DNA from: Hyphomicrobiaceae bacterium
GTDB taxonomy: Bacteria; Pseudomonadota; Alphaproteobacteria; Rhizobiales; Hyphomicrobiaceae
Assembly: GCA_965224225.1 (NCBI GenBank)
Contig: CBDCZF010000025.1
Span: 171,137 to 235,136 of the forward strand
Direction: 5' to 3'
Length of the DNA stretch: 64,000 bases
In this document: in pieces, positions 29,220 to 39,747 of the stretch
Layout: each line of letters opens with the position of its first letter
Numbering within the stretch: the stretch's first letter is position 1
Notes under the pieces: generated by a model
The model's database searches: none
What the model was told of the DNA's origin: nothing
What the model saw: only the letters and a program-made list of their open reading frames with translations
Translations under genes and position numbers: made by a program

Positions 29220-30773
29220 ATGAGACTGTCTCGTGATTGTTACAGCCCATCGAAATTTATCGGCTTGATCAAAGCCTTCGGACGGCACCAGCGTGGTGCC
29301 GTCTTGATTTATGTGACCTTGTTGCTGCCGGTGATCGTGGGCACAGCGGTGCTCGCGGTCGATGCCTCGCGTCTGTATAATCTGCAAACGCACTTGCAGA
29401 AGGCGGCGGATGCGCTGGCCCTGACTGGAGCGGCGGAATTGGACGGCGAGACCGACTCGGTCGATCGCGCAAAGGCCGCCATAACCGCACTGCTCAATAG
29501 TCGTAACCAGCAGCGCTTCGCTGAAGGTCTGGTTCCCATAAGCGTGAATGTGAACGATGCCTCGGAGGTTCGTTTTCTGAAGAATCTGCCCGAAGATGAT
29601 GCTGATCCAATCGAGTCACAACATTTGGCCGGGACGGATCAAACAGAAGCACGCTTTGTCGAGGTAACAGTCGCGCCTGCAACAATGAACACGGTATTGC
29701 CTGCGTCATTTATTGGAGGCTCTGACACGGTCAACGCGGCGGCAACGGCAGTTGCAGGCTTCAAGTCCGTAGTTTGCAGAGTCATGCCAATGTTTATCTG
29801 CAATCCGTTCGAGAACTCTGGAATCGATATCTTAACCAACCCGGATGCGCTGGGCAGATTGATTAGAATGCGGGCTGGGCCTTCGACGAATGATCCTTAT
29901 GGGCCAGGCAATTTTGGCTGGCTTGACGTTAGCGACTTTGACTCCAGCGATACAAGCAATGCAAATGTACCGAAATTGAAAGAATATTTGGCAGGGACAG
30001 CTCCACCCGTTTGTATCGAACAAGATGGTGAGGTTAACACGCAGACTGGGAGCATCCAGAGTCTCATATTTGCGCTCAATGTCCGGTTCGATATTTATGA
30101 TGCAAATTACAGCAGCCCGGCACAGAAGGCGGCTTATCCGCCGGATCAGAACGTACGCAAGGGCTACTCAGTCAATGGCAATGCATATTGTAATGCTTCG
30201 CCATACTACGACGCAAATGGGGTAAAGCCCTATTCTTTGGGCCGTGATCAGACCTGGGATACTGCCGGTGCATCTCAAGGTAGGATGGGGCTAGGCGATT
30301 GGGACGTGGAAGGGTATTTCCAAAGGGTCCACGGCTACGCTGTCAATGCTGCCCTGCCAAACGGATGGGTGAACGCGGTGCCGGTTGGGAACGGTTTTAA
30401 TCGTGCGAATACACCTACCCGGCTCGAAGTCTATAATTGGGAAATTGCCAATAATCTCATATCGACCTCCGTGAGTTTTAATGGCGGATCGGAGACCGGA
30501 TCGCCAGCATGCGAGGGCGGGTCAGGCTTGGCTAATCGCAGACTGTTGTTTGCAGCTATAATAAATTGTCAGGGCCTCACTGATCCGATAATTGGTGCGA
30601 CCTCCGACGTGCCGATTTTGGCCTTCGGGAAATTTTTCATGACAGAGCCCATTGCCCTCGCGAGCGAAGAGCCGAGCGAGGCGGGCACGATTTTTGCTGA
30701 ATTTGTCGAGGTTATCAATCCCGGCAACACCACAAGTGATGTAGTGCGTGACATCGTTCAACTTTATCGTTGA
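29220..30773 (+). CDS. tadG: TadG-like large pseudopilin (TadE/TadG N-terminal domain)
   Basis: N-terminal 'QRGAVLIYVTLLLPVIVGTAVLAVDASRL' Tad pseudopilin-like segment on a 517-aa protein. Confidence 0.7.
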   Translation: MRLSRDCYSPSKFIGLIKAFGRHQRGAVLIYVTLLLPVIVGTAVLAVDASRLYNLQTHLQKAADALALTGAAELDGETDSVDRAKAAITALLNSRNQQRFAEGLVPISVNVNDASEVRFLKNLPEDDADPIESQHLAGTDQTEARFVEVTVAPATMNTVLPASFIGGSDTVNAAATAVAGFKSVVCRVMPMFICNPFENSGIDILTNPDALGRLIRMRAGPSTNDPYGPGNFGWLDVSDFDSSDTSNANVPKLKEYLAGTAPPVCIEQDGEVNTQTGSIQSLIFALNVRFDIYDANYSSPAQKAAYPPDQNVRKGYSVNGNAYCNASPYYDANGVKPYSLGRDQTWDTAGASQGRMGLGDWDVEGYFQRVHGYAVNAALPNGWVNAVPVGNGFNRANTPTRLEVYNWEIANNLISTSVSFNGGSETGSPACEGGSGLANRRLLFAAIINCQGLTDPIIGATSDVPILAFGKFFMTEPIALASEEPSEAGTIFAEFVEVINPGNTTSDVVRDIVQLYR

Positions 30774-30785
30774 GGCGCATAAGGC

Positions 30786-31310
30786 ATGCGATACTTGCTT
30801 GCGAAGTTAAAGCGCAGTGAGCGTGGGGCAGCTGCTGTTGAGATGGCTATTTGCACGCCGTTTCTGCTTGTCATTGGGTTCGGGGCGATTGAATTTGGAA
30901 ATATTTTTTATGATTATCAAGCTATAACAACGGGCATGCGGGATGCAGCGCGGTATCTCGCCAGGTTTGACGATCCTTACGCCGTTCCTGGTGATACTGA
31001 TTGTGAACCGTATGCTGCTGCCACAATTAGCAACGCCAAGAAAATTGCAGTCTATGGTCAAATCACTGGAACACGCAAACGGGTGAGTTGGTGGGACGAA
31101 ACGAATGCGTCGCATATAGATGTGACTGTGAGAGGAGTTTCCAACAATGATGGGTTGGGACTTCCACTGTATCGCGGCTCGGAGCAGATCTGTTTCGTTA
31201 CGGTTAAGACCAATGTGATGCATCCAAGTTTGGGTTTCCTTGGTTTGGCCGGTTTGGGCGGACTGGTCAGAATAAGGACTCATCATGAAGAGCGCATAGT
31301 GGGGGATTGA
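30786..31310 (+). CDS. tadE: TadE-family minor pseudopilin
   Basis: 'ERG/AAAVEMAICTPFLLVIGFGAIEFG' processing motif plus hydrophobic helix. Confidence 0.75.
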   Translation: MRYLLAKLKRSERGAAAVEMAICTPFLLVIGFGAIEFGNIFYDYQAITTGMRDAARYLARFDDPYAVPGDTDCEPYAAATISNAKKIAVYGQITGTRKRVSWWDETNASHIDVTVRGVSNNDGLGLPLYRGSEQICFVTVKTNVMHPSLGFLGLAGLGGLVRIRTHHEERIVGD

Positions 31311-31311
31311 C

Positions 31312-31959
31312 ATGCTCACTTTGCTGCGCAGGTTTTCCAGACATCGTCGTGGTGCGACGATGGTTGAGTTTACATTGGTTTTGTCGTTCTTGCTGGTTTT
31401 GACCGGAGGAGTGATTGAATTCACTTTGATGTTCTACCATTTCAACAGTGCCACAAAGGCTTTGCAGATGGGGGCACGCTTGTCCTCTGTTTCTAGTCCT
31501 GTAGTTGATGAACTCGAGGACATGAGTTCGCCAACAGTGCAGGGCGCTGGGCTTGGCGACCCGTTGACAACAAGTTATTCAATCCAATGTGATGGCTCGA
31601 CATCGCAGTGTGTCGGTTGCCTCGGGGGTTCTTGTACCTTCAACGCCGGCGCACTCAACACAATTGTGTTTGGGCGTGGAACAGCCACTACATGTGGCGA
31701 TGCGACCAATGTTTCTGATGCCGGTATGTGCGATATTTATCGGCCGATCCGGCCACAGAACGTGAAGATCACCTATGAGCACACCGGGCTAGGTTTCGTC
31801 GGCAAGCCCGGCGGGCCGGTGCCGACAATCACCATTGAATTGCAGAATCTCAATTTCGGTTTCATCTTGATACCGGCGTTCGTAAACGTTACATCGATTT
31901 CTTTACCAACTTTAAAGATGACGGCGACAGGCGAGGATCTCGACACCGAGTTCGACTAG
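31312..31959 (+). CDS. tadF: TadE/TadF-family minor pseudopilin
   Basis: 'RRG/ATMVEFTLVLSFLLVLTGGVIEF'. Start abuts the tadE stop. Confidence 0.7.
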   Translation: MLTLLRRFSRHRRGATMVEFTLVLSFLLVLTGGVIEFTLMFYHFNSATKALQMGARLSSVSSPVVDELEDMSSPTVQGAGLGDPLTTSYSIQCDGSTSQCVGCLGGSCTFNAGALNTIVFGRGTATTCGDATNVSDAGMCDIYRPIRPQNVKITYEHTGLGFVGKPGGPVPTITIELQNLNFGFILIPAFVNVTSISLPTLKMTATGEDLDTEFD

Positions 31960-31992
31960 CCCAGCCGTGATCAAGCGGCGGGTGTAGGCAAC

Positions 31993-33144
31993 GTGATACG
32001 CGAAGCAGGACGCCGGACAGGCGTTATTATCGTCGGGCCGGACCAGGACATTGTCTCGCGAGCCGAACAGGCACTCAGCCAGGAGCGCCAGTTCAGCGTT
32101 GCGACGCACGGCAACGTTCTGAGTGCTGTTCAAGAGCAACTTGTCAGCGCCACGTCGGAATTGCTCGTGGTCGAGCTGGTTCCGCCGTTCTTCGATGATC
32201 TGGCGGCGCTTGAAATCATCATGCGCGCACACGGTCAGGCGGCGCCGAGCGTGGTCGTGATCGCTGATGACGTCGGTGCGGCCGTCTCGCGCAGCCTCCT
32301 GAAGCTCAATATCGCCGACTGGCTGCCGCGCAGCTTCAGTGAAGATGAACTGGTGATGGCCGCCCACCACGCGCTCGCCAGCTCGGACGGCAGCGCCGGC
32401 GACCTGTCTCGGACTTTGTCGGTTGCGTTCATGCCCGTGATCGGCGGGGCAGGGGCCACGACGCTCAGCATATCGGCCCTCGAGATCCTCTGCCGCCAGC
32501 GCAAGCTGCCGAAGAGCGCCTGCTGCATCGTCGACATGAACCTGCAGTCGGGCACCGTGGCCGACTATCTCAATGTGGCAACCAACCTGAAATTGGATGA
32601 GATTACCGGCGCGCCGGAACGCCTCGACGGCCAGCTCCTTGAAATCCTGCTCTCGAAGCAGGCGGGCGGCTACATGGCGCTATGCGCCGAGCCCTCGCTT
32701 GATCGTGTGGGCCGCGTCAGCCAGGAAATTGTGGGGCGCCTGTTGGACTTATGCGCGGTCAAATTTAAATTACTCGTGATCGATATGCCGCGGATTTGGT
32801 GGCCGTGGTGCGATAGTATCGTGCGCGGCACGGACAAGTTTTACTTCGTGACCGACATGTCGGTCGCCGGATTGAACCATGTCGTGCAGATGGCTGCCCT
32901 GATTGGCGAACGGCTTGAAATGGACATGAGCGGCTCCGTCATCGTCAACAAGTCGTCGTGGCTGGGGGTGGCCGGTGTCACCAAGAAGCATGTCGAAGAT
33001 GTACTTGGCGATTATTTTGCAGGGTATGTACCCGACTGTTTCAAAGAGGTACGGACGGCGCAGAACCAGGGCTTATTATTGTCCGATGTGAGATCCAAGA
33101 GCGCGCTCGAGACCGGCCTGCAAAAGGTCTTGCAGGCGACTTGA
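31993..33144 (+). CDS. cpaE: Flp pilus assembly ATPase CpaE/TadZ (MinD/ParA-like)
   Basis: Deviant Walker A region 'PVIGGAGATTLSISAL'. N-terminal receiver-like region. GTG start. Confidence 0.85.
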   Translation: MIREAGRRTGVIIVGPDQDIVSRAEQALSQERQFSVATHGNVLSAVQEQLVSATSELLVVELVPPFFDDLAALEIIMRAHGQAAPSVVVIADDVGAAVSRSLLKLNIADWLPRSFSEDELVMAAHHALASSDGSAGDLSRTLSVAFMPVIGGAGATTLSISALEILCRQRKLPKSACCIVDMNLQSGTVADYLNVATNLKLDEITGAPERLDGQLLEILLSKQAGGYMALCAEPSLDRVGRVSQEIVGRLLDLCAVKFKLLVIDMPRIWWPWCDSIVRGTDKFYFVTDMSVAGLNHVVQMAALIGERLEMDMSGSVIVNKSSWLGVAGVTKKHVEDVLGDYFAGYVPDCFKEVRTAQNQGLLLSDVRSKSALETGLQKVLQAT

Positions 33145-33194
33145 AGGCCGGGCTCCGGTTTGACGTCAGTCCCTTAGTTGATTGAGGAACCGCG

Positions 33195-34613
33195 ATGATT
33201 GGTCGGTTTGGAGGATCTTTTGTGCGCCGGACGCCGACGCCGGACGCACAGCCCAACGGGGCGGCGATCAACGGTGCCGATGTGCACGAGACGGTGGAGC
33301 CGCAGCTGCTCGAGCCTGAGTTGGATGCCGACACCTCGTTCAATCGTCGGTTTCTCGAAACCAAGATGCTGCTGCACCGCAAGCTGATCGACGAGATCAA
33401 CCTTGCTGCGATCGAGCAGGCCCAGCCCGAGGAATTGCGGGCCTCGATCTCCAATTTGGTGCGCAATTTCGTGCTCGAAGAACGCATTGCCGTCAACTCG
33501 GTCGAACTCGAGCGACTGGTTGACGAACTGATCGATGAGATGACCGGGCTCGGTCCGATCGAGCCGTTGCTCAAGGACCCGACGATCAACGATATCCTGA
33601 TCAACACGCATGAATCGGTCTACGTCGAGCGCCAGGGTGTGCTCGAGCCGGTGCCGCTGTTTTTCAAGGACGAGGCCCATCTCATCCGGATCATCAACCG
33701 GATCGTGGCAGCCGTCGGCCGCCGGGTCGATGAATCACAGCCCTTGTGCGACGCGCGTCTGGCCGACGGCTCTCGTGTCAACGTCGCGATCCGGCCGATT
33801 GCCGTCGACGGCCCGCTGGTCTCGATTCGTAAATTCTCCAAGCAGGCCTATTCTCTCGACCGCCTTGTCGAGACGGGCAGTATCCGCCCGGCCGTAGCCA
33901 AATTCCTCGCCGCAGCCGTCTCGGGACGCGTCTCGACGCTGATCTCCGGCGGTACGGGCAGTGGTAAGACCACGATGCTCAATGCGCTCTCGCAGCACAT
34001 CTCGCACAAGGAGCGTCTGATCACGATCGAAGACGCCGCCGAACTTCAATTGCAGCAGCCCCACGTCGGGCGTATGGAAACCAGGCCGCCGAGCGTCGAA
34101 GGCACCGGCGAGATACGGCAACGTGAACTGCTCAAGAACGCGCTTCGTATGCGGCCGGACCGGATCATCGTCGGCGAGGTTCGCGGCGAAGAGGCCTTCG
34201 ACATGCTACAGGCGATGAACACCGGTCACGAAGGTTCGATGACGACGATCCACGCCAATACGGCGCGCGATGCGATTTCACGCCTTGAGCAGATGGTCGG
34301 CATGGCCGGCATGCCGATGTCGCAGATGAGCATCCGCTCGCAAATCGCCTCCGCCCTACAGCTGATCGTTCAGCTGGCACGCCTGAGTGACGGCAAGCGG
34401 CGGCTCATTCAGATCGCGGAAATCACCGGCATGGAAGGCGAGGTCGTGCAGACACAGACGATCTTCGAGTTCGTGCGCTCCGGTACAGGACCTAACGGAG
34501 AGGTGCTCGGTGATCTCAAGGCGACCGGCATTCGGCCGCGCATGGTGGATGATCTCGAACTGCTCGGCTTCCGGCCGACAGCTGACATGTTTGATCCGAC
34601 AAGCCTGAACTGA
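33195..34613 (+). CDS. cpaF: Flp pilus assembly ATPase CpaF/TadA
   Basis: Walker A '[15 protein letters not shown]', Asp box, His box, T2SS-E fold. Confidence 0.9.
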   Translation: MIGRFGGSFVRRTPTPDAQPNGAAINGADVHETVEPQLLEPELDADTSFNRRFLETKMLLHRKLIDEINLAAIEQAQPEELRASISNLVRNFVLEERIAVNSVELERLVDELIDEMTGLGPIEPLLKDPTINDILINTHESVYVERQGVLEPVPLFFKDEAHLIRIINRIVAAVGRRVDESQPLCDARLADGSRVNVAIRPIAVDGPLVSIRKFSKQAYSLDRLVETGSIRPAVAKFLAAAVSGRVSTLISGGTGSGKTTMLNALSQHISHKERLITIEDAAELQLQQPHVGRMETRPPSVEGTGEIRQRELLKNALRMRPDRIIVGEVRGEEAFDMLQAMNTGHEGSMTTIHANTARDAISRLEQMVGMAGMPMSQMSIRSQIASALQLIVQLARLSDGKRRLIQIAEITGMEGEVVQTQTIFEFVRSGTGPNGEVLGDLKATGIRPRMVDDLELLGFRPTADMFDPTSLN

Positions 34614-34615
34614 CG

Positions 34616-35590
34616 ATGCAGCAAATAATCTCTCAACTGGGCTTTTTCGCACCGATCGTACTGTTCGCGATCGCAACGTTTCTGGTGGCCGAAACGGTCC
34701 TGCGCAACTGGGCAGGACAGCGGCGCAAGAAGACCCAGATCAACACCCGGCTGCGAGTCAAGTCGAAGACCAATGACAATTCAGCGGCCTATGTTGAATT
34801 GTTGAAGCAACGTGGCCTGACCGATACCGGCGACTTCAAGCTGCCGGTGATCTGGTTCAACAAGTTGGTCATGCAATCGGGCGCGAGCGTGCCCATCTAC
34901 CGCTTGCTCATGCTCATGGCAACGATCGGGCTCGGATCGGGCTCGGTCTACTACCTGCTGAGCGGCAAGATCCTGCTTGCAATTCTGGTGTCGATCGCGG
35001 TGGGCGTGGTCCTTCCGATCGCGGTTCTGCATGTCATGCGGTCCAAGCGCCAGGCGAAGTTCGAGGAGCAGCTGCCGGAGGCCGTCGACGTCATGGTCCG
35101 CAGCATGCGTGCCGGCCACCCCTTGCCGGTTGCAATCGCGATGGTCGGGCGCGAGATGCCGGACCCGGCGGGCACGGAGTTCGGCCTGGTAGCCGATGAA
35201 ATGACATACGGCCTCGATCTCGACGGGGCATTGACCAACATGCGCATGCGGGTCGCGCAGGGCGATTTGTCGTTTTTGGTCGTTGCCGTTTCCATTCAGG
35301 CGACGACGGGCGGCAACCTGTCCGAATTGCTTGGCAAGCTGTCCAATATGATCCGCGAACGTGCCCGCATGCGGCGCAAGGTCAAATCGCTTTCGGCGGA
35401 AGGGCGGTTTTCGGCCATTGCGCTCAGCATCATCCCGATTGCACTGTTTTTGATCATCTCGTTTATGTCGCCGACTTACTATGGCGACATTCGGGATGAT
35501 CCGGCAGTGATGCCGGTCGTCTACATCGGGGCGTCGATATGGGTGACCGGCATTTTCATCATGTACCGCATGGTGAACTTCAAGGTTTGA
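34616..35590 (+). CDS. tadB: Flp pilus inner-membrane platform protein TadB
   Basis: T2SS-F domain membrane protein directly after cpaF. Confidence 0.85.
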   Translation: MQQIISQLGFFAPIVLFAIATFLVAETVLRNWAGQRRKKTQINTRLRVKSKTNDNSAAYVELLKQRGLTDTGDFKLPVIWFNKLVMQSGASVPIYRLLMLMATIGLGSGSVYYLLSGKILLAILVSIAVGVVLPIAVLHVMRSKRQAKFEEQLPEAVDVMVRSMRAGHPLPVAIAMVGREMPDPAGTEFGLVADEMTYGLDLDGALTNMRMRVAQGDLSFLVVAVSIQATTGGNLSELLGKLSNMIRERARMRRKVKSLSAEGRFSAIALSIIPIALFLIISFMSPTYYGDIRDDPAVMPVVYIGASIWVTGIFIMYRMVNFKV

Positions 35591-35630
35591 CCGAACAGAA
35601 TTGCGCTTTGGACGAGGGTAGGACAAGGCG

Positions 35631-36575
35631 ATGTCGCTGCAAGATCTAACATCGGAACCGATATTCATTGCCGCGCTGATTGCCGGCGGTGTTTTCTTGT
35701 TCGTGGTCGTCGTGATGTCGCTGGTCCAGTCGCGCGTCTCGATTTCGCGACGCGTTTCGACGATCGAGGGTGAGCGGCGAGGACGCACGTCGCTTGGTCA
35801 GCGCGAGCAGCGCGAAGGCCTGCGCTTCCAGGAAATGGCAGGCAAATGGCTTGCACCTGGAACAACGGCCGAAATCTCTGACGTTCGCCGCCAACTGGTG
35901 CAGGCTGGCTACTTTGCGCCCTCGGCGGTCTACGTGTTCTATACCATTCGCATGCTCATCGCTCTGGGCCTGGCAGCAACGGTACCGATCGTGCTGCCGC
36001 TGTTCGTCCAGGATCCGCCGGTTCTGGCTGTCGCGGTGCTGGTGCCCGTGGCTGGCTTGATCGGCCTCATTGTGCCTAGCGTTGGGCTGGATTGGTTGCG
36101 ATCGGGCATGCGCACGAAATATCGCAATGCATTTCCCGATTTCACCGATTTGACGGTGGTGTGCATCGAGGCCGGGCAGAGCATTCAGGGCGCGCTCGAC
36201 CGGGTCAGCAGGGAGACTGCTCAGTTCTGTCCGCAGCTTGGCGTCAATCTGCATTTGATGAACCTAGAAATGCGTGCCGGACGCACGCTGAGCGAAGGGC
36301 TCGATGGCCTCTACAACCGGGTCGGCATCGAGGAAGTCAAGAGCCTCGCTCTGCTGCTGAAGCAATCGGAAGAACTCGGGTCGAGTATTGCCGTAACCTT
36401 ACGCGTGTTCAGTGACGAAATGCGCGACAAGAGACTGATGCGAGCCGAAGCCAAAGCTTACGCATTGCCCGTCAAACTGACGCTGCCGCTCGGTATCTTC
36501 ATTTTTCCGGTGATATTGCTGGTGATCCTGACACCGGTCATGATCCGTATTTTCGGCGTATTCGGAACCAGTTAG
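35631..36575 (+). CDS. tadC: Flp pilus inner-membrane platform protein TadC
   Basis: Second T2SS-F paralog. Confidence 0.85.
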   Translation: MSLQDLTSEPIFIAALIAGGVFLFVVVVMSLVQSRVSISRRVSTIEGERRGRTSLGQREQREGLRFQEMAGKWLAPGTTAEISDVRRQLVQAGYFAPSAVYVFYTIRMLIALGLAATVPIVLPLFVQDPPVLAVAVLVPVAGLIGLIVPSVGLDWLRSGMRTKYRNAFPDFTDLTVVCIEAGQSIQGALDRVSRETAQFCPQLGVNLHLMNLEMRAGRTLSEGLDGLYNRVGIEEVKSLALLLKQSEELGSSIAVTLRVFSDEMRDKRLMRAEAKAYALPVKLTLPLGIFIFPVILLVILTPVMIRIFGVFGTS

Positions 36576-36785
36576 CGCGCCTGCCAACCTCGGACCGGTG
36601 CGGTTCGTGCGCCTGCCTTGACATGCCTGTGGTAGAGCTGGAGGTGGTCCACTCGGCCTTGCCCATGTCCGTCCCATCTAAATCGGCACGGATCTTGCCT
36701 GCTCAAATCCATTGCAGGTTCCCGCGCGCTAGGCCGATGGTCTCCGCAGTCGCGCAGGTGGTTTCGAGGCAACCAGATCGGCGCC

Positions 36786-39020
36786 ATGTCGAACAGATCC
36801 GTGTATCTCAATGCTGGCCGCAGAAGGCCGTTCAACTGGCAGTTGGTTCTTTTGAGCCTGACGGCGATCGCCCTGTCGGTTGCATCCGGTTGGACGACCT
36901 GGGACGGCATGTCCAACTTCACCGAGAGCCGCTGGCTGAGCCTGCTGATCACTTTCGGTATCCAGGGCTTGATGTTGGTCAGCGCGTGGTTGATTGGCGA
37001 GCACATCGTGCTCGGCCGCACCAGGATGAGGTTGTGGCAGGCGAAGGCGAACAGCAACCAACGCCCGGCCGACTCGGAACCGTCCGGTTACGTGATCGGC
37101 CTCGCCTTCATTCTCGTGGTTCTGCTGGGGCTGGTAATCGGCGCAATATTCGTTTCGCTCGGTATCATCTCAACTGTTTCGCTAGCCGATCTCATATCGC
37201 GCATCCAGCTTGGTGATTGGGTCTGGCCGGCAGCCGCTCTGCTGGCGATCGCAGCTATTGTCATGATCGCAGCCAACGCCTGGGTCGGTCGGGCGAAGGG
37301 CACAGATGCCATGCGTCAGCTGCCGTTGTGGCTGATTTTCTTGATGTGCATGTCGGCATCGGTCTTCTTTTCGTTCGATTCGCTGTTTGCCCGGATCTTC
37401 CCCGCCGCCGAACGCGCCAGAGCAAGCGACATCCGCGCGCAACGCGATGTCGGAGCCGTATTGGCCGATGTTGCCCAGCAGGTCTCGCGCCGGGAGCGTA
37501 CGGCCGCGCGCGAGTTATTGGAGGGGCCCGCCTGGCGTGATTTCAATGGCCATATCGAAACAGTGTTGGGAGCTGCCCGGCAGGTGCCGAAGATATTGGC
37601 CGACAATCTGGCCCGCGACAGAGCTGCCGCCGATGACTCCATCAAGCGCACCAGCGACGAACTGCTGACTCTGCAAGGCCGCAGATCACGGCTTGCACGC
37701 CAACTGAACAGTGCGAGGACTGAGAGAGACAACTACCAAGCACAACGCGAGCGCGCGGCGGGCGCTGTTGCCGAATTGGAAGCCAATATCCGTGACAATG
37801 CGCGCGCAATGGTGGAACTGGGTTCGGCAATGGAGGCTGAGGTTCGCGGGGTCGGCAGGACCGGCGTAGCGGGCAAGGGGCCGGTCTACGAGGACCTGCG
37901 CAAGTCCCTTCTGAAGCATGAGATCGACGGCAAGGCACTGCAGGAAGCCCACAAACAGCGCGCCGACCAGCTTCGCCACTATAGCCAATTGCTAGCCAAC
38001 GGCGAGGAAGCCTTGAGCGTTCTGGTAGCTGAGATCGCCCGCATCGATCGCGAGATCGACGCCAGGAAACGCCAAATCGATAGCCTAATGGCACGCGGAA
38101 ACGGCGATGTCGCCCTCAATGATGTGGCCCGCATGACGGCCGATCTGACCGCCGCTCGACAGGCCTTCCAGCGCTCCTTGACATATGCCGAACTTGAACA
38201 GCTGGAGCGCACCTGCTCCGCCACCATCCTCGAGGCGGCGAATGTCGCAGCATTGCCGATTGGCAAAGAGCAGGCCACGCGCTGCTCGGGCCAGGCCCTG
38301 CACGAGGCCCTGGCACGCGTTGCGGCACGCCGCCGGATCAGTGCCGAATTTGCCCGCCTTTGCAGCAACGATACGACTGCTGCCCAAATCCAAACGACTG
38401 CCCTCGTCGAGTATGGGCGCAAGTGTGTTGGACATGCCGGGCTCGAAGGCGGTTCGACGCAGGCCTTTGGCGGCGCGTTGAGCCGTATCGAACTGCGCAG
38501 GGACGATACCGCGCATCGGTTTGTGGTCTCGACCAACGCGTTTCTCGATAGCAATCAACTTGCCTTTCTGGCCTTGGCGATCGCAGTCTTCATCGATGCC
38601 CTGGTATTCATCGCAAGCCTTTACGGGGCCGGTTCTGCAGCTCCGGGCGCACAGGAACTGTTCGGTAGCGGAAACAGAACCGCGATGCAGCTGCCGCCGG
38701 CGAACGGTCCGATTTCGCCGGCAAGCCGGCACCTGATCGACCTTGCGACCAGGGATCGGATTGATGAAACGTCGCGCTACCTGCTCGCCAATGCGGCGCC
38801 GGCCGATGGCGATACCGGTTACAGCCACGTGCTCGACGGGGGTGACGCACCACCTGAAAACATCGCCTCGGCACTGAATGCCGGCATCATCGCGCAGACC
38901 GTTCGCTGGCAAATCGATCCGGTGCCACAGTATCTGATCACACCTGCCTTCTTCCTAACGTTGGCGGAAGGACCGGTCGAGGCCTTATCGGTGCCACGGG
39001 CTACCAACGGTTCGGCTTAG
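36786..39020 (+). CDS. large polytopic coiled-coil membrane protein of unknown function, embedded in the Tad locus
   Basis: 744 aa. ~6 N-terminal TM helices, ~300-aa coiled-coil core, further C-terminal TM helix and Ala/Pro-rich tail. No recognisable catalytic motif. Convergent with cpaA, overlapping it by 4 nt. Confidence 0.5.
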   Translation: MSNRSVYLNAGRRRPFNWQLVLLSLTAIALSVASGWTTWDGMSNFTESRWLSLLITFGIQGLMLVSAWLIGEHIVLGRTRMRLWQAKANSNQRPADSEPSGYVIGLAFILVVLLGLVIGAIFVSLGIISTVSLADLISRIQLGDWVWPAAALLAIAAIVMIAANAWVGRAKGTDAMRQLPLWLIFLMCMSASVFFSFDSLFARIFPAAERARASDIRAQRDVGAVLADVAQQVSRRERTAARELLEGPAWRDFNGHIETVLGAARQVPKILADNLARDRAAADDSIKRTSDELLTLQGRRSRLARQLNSARTERDNYQAQRERAAGAVAELEANIRDNARAMVELGSAMEAEVRGVGRTGVAGKGPVYEDLRKSLLKHEIDGKALQEAHKQRADQLRHYSQLLANGEEALSVLVAEIARIDREIDARKRQIDSLMARGNGDVALNDVARMTADLTAARQAFQRSLTYAELEQLERTCSATILEAANVAALPIGKEQATRCSGQALHEALARVAARRRISAEFARLCSNDTTAAQIQTTALVEYGRKCVGHAGLEGGSTQAFGGALSRIELRRDDTAHRFVVSTNAFLDSNQLAFLALAIAVFIDALVFIASLYGAGSAAPGAQELFGSGNRTAMQLPPANGPISPASRHLIDLATRDRIDETSRYLLANAAPADGDTGYSHVLDGGDAPPENIASALNAGIIAQTVRWQIDPVPQYLITPAFFLTLAEGPVEALSVPRATNGSA

Positions 39021-39514
39021 AAAAGCACCGGTAGTAAGAACAGTGCGCCAAGCGAAATTGCGACGCCGTACGGGCAGAGCCCTAGCCTGATCCAGCGTGG
39101 TAAGCGGCCGGTCAAAACCGTCTGCGAACCGCGTCGCAGGAAAAACCGCGCGACTATGATGGTGAGCGCCAACAATCCCCCGAACAAGGCAACGACAAAC
39201 AGCACGCCAAGTGCGTTGGCGGGCCCGGCCCACAACAGCACAGCGGAAAGCAATTTGACGTCACCGCCCGCCATCCAGCCGGCAGCAAACAGTGCCAGGC
39301 CAATGGCCAGCATGCCGAAGCCGACCAAGACGTGCGAAAAGACATCGACACGCTCGTTGACCAGAAGCGCGTAGACGAAGAACAGGAGGGCGAGAGAAAT
39401 CGGTATCCAGTTGCTGATCAGCAGCTTTCTGAAATCCGATATGCCTGCATAAACGACGAGAAAAACGTATGCCAGGGCCGTTGCGACCTCGAGTAACGAT
39501 TTGATTTCAATCAT
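39017..39514 (-). CDS. cpaA: prepilin peptidase CpaA/TadV (A24 family)
   Basis: 165-aa polytopic protein with catalytic 'AGISDF' and 'GGDVKLL' Asp motifs. Separated from and inverted relative to flp. Confidence 0.8.
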   Translation of the reverse strand: MIEIKSLLEVATALAYVFLVVYAGISDFRKLLISNWIPISLALLFFVYALLVNERVDVFSHVLVGFGMLAIGLALFAAGWMAGGDVKLLSAVLLWAGPANALGVLFVVALFGGLLALTIIVARFFLRRGSQTVLTGRLPRWIRLGLCPYGVAISLGALFLLPVLF

Positions 39515-39747
39515 GTTATCGGTCCATTTCAGCGATAGTCAGTCCCACCTGACCGGCGACCTGCCCAATGAGCTGGCACGACATCGATTTAGGCACTTTG
39601 TCAGATCAAAACTCGCTGTTTGCCTGATTGCAGCGCATTGTGCAATGCGCTTGCCCGGCGCGTGAACCACAGGCCGGTAGGCGCAGGCACGGGTTGTGTT
39701 ATGGTTTGCCCTCATGAGGTAATGAACGTCCAGGAGCTGAAAGTAGC

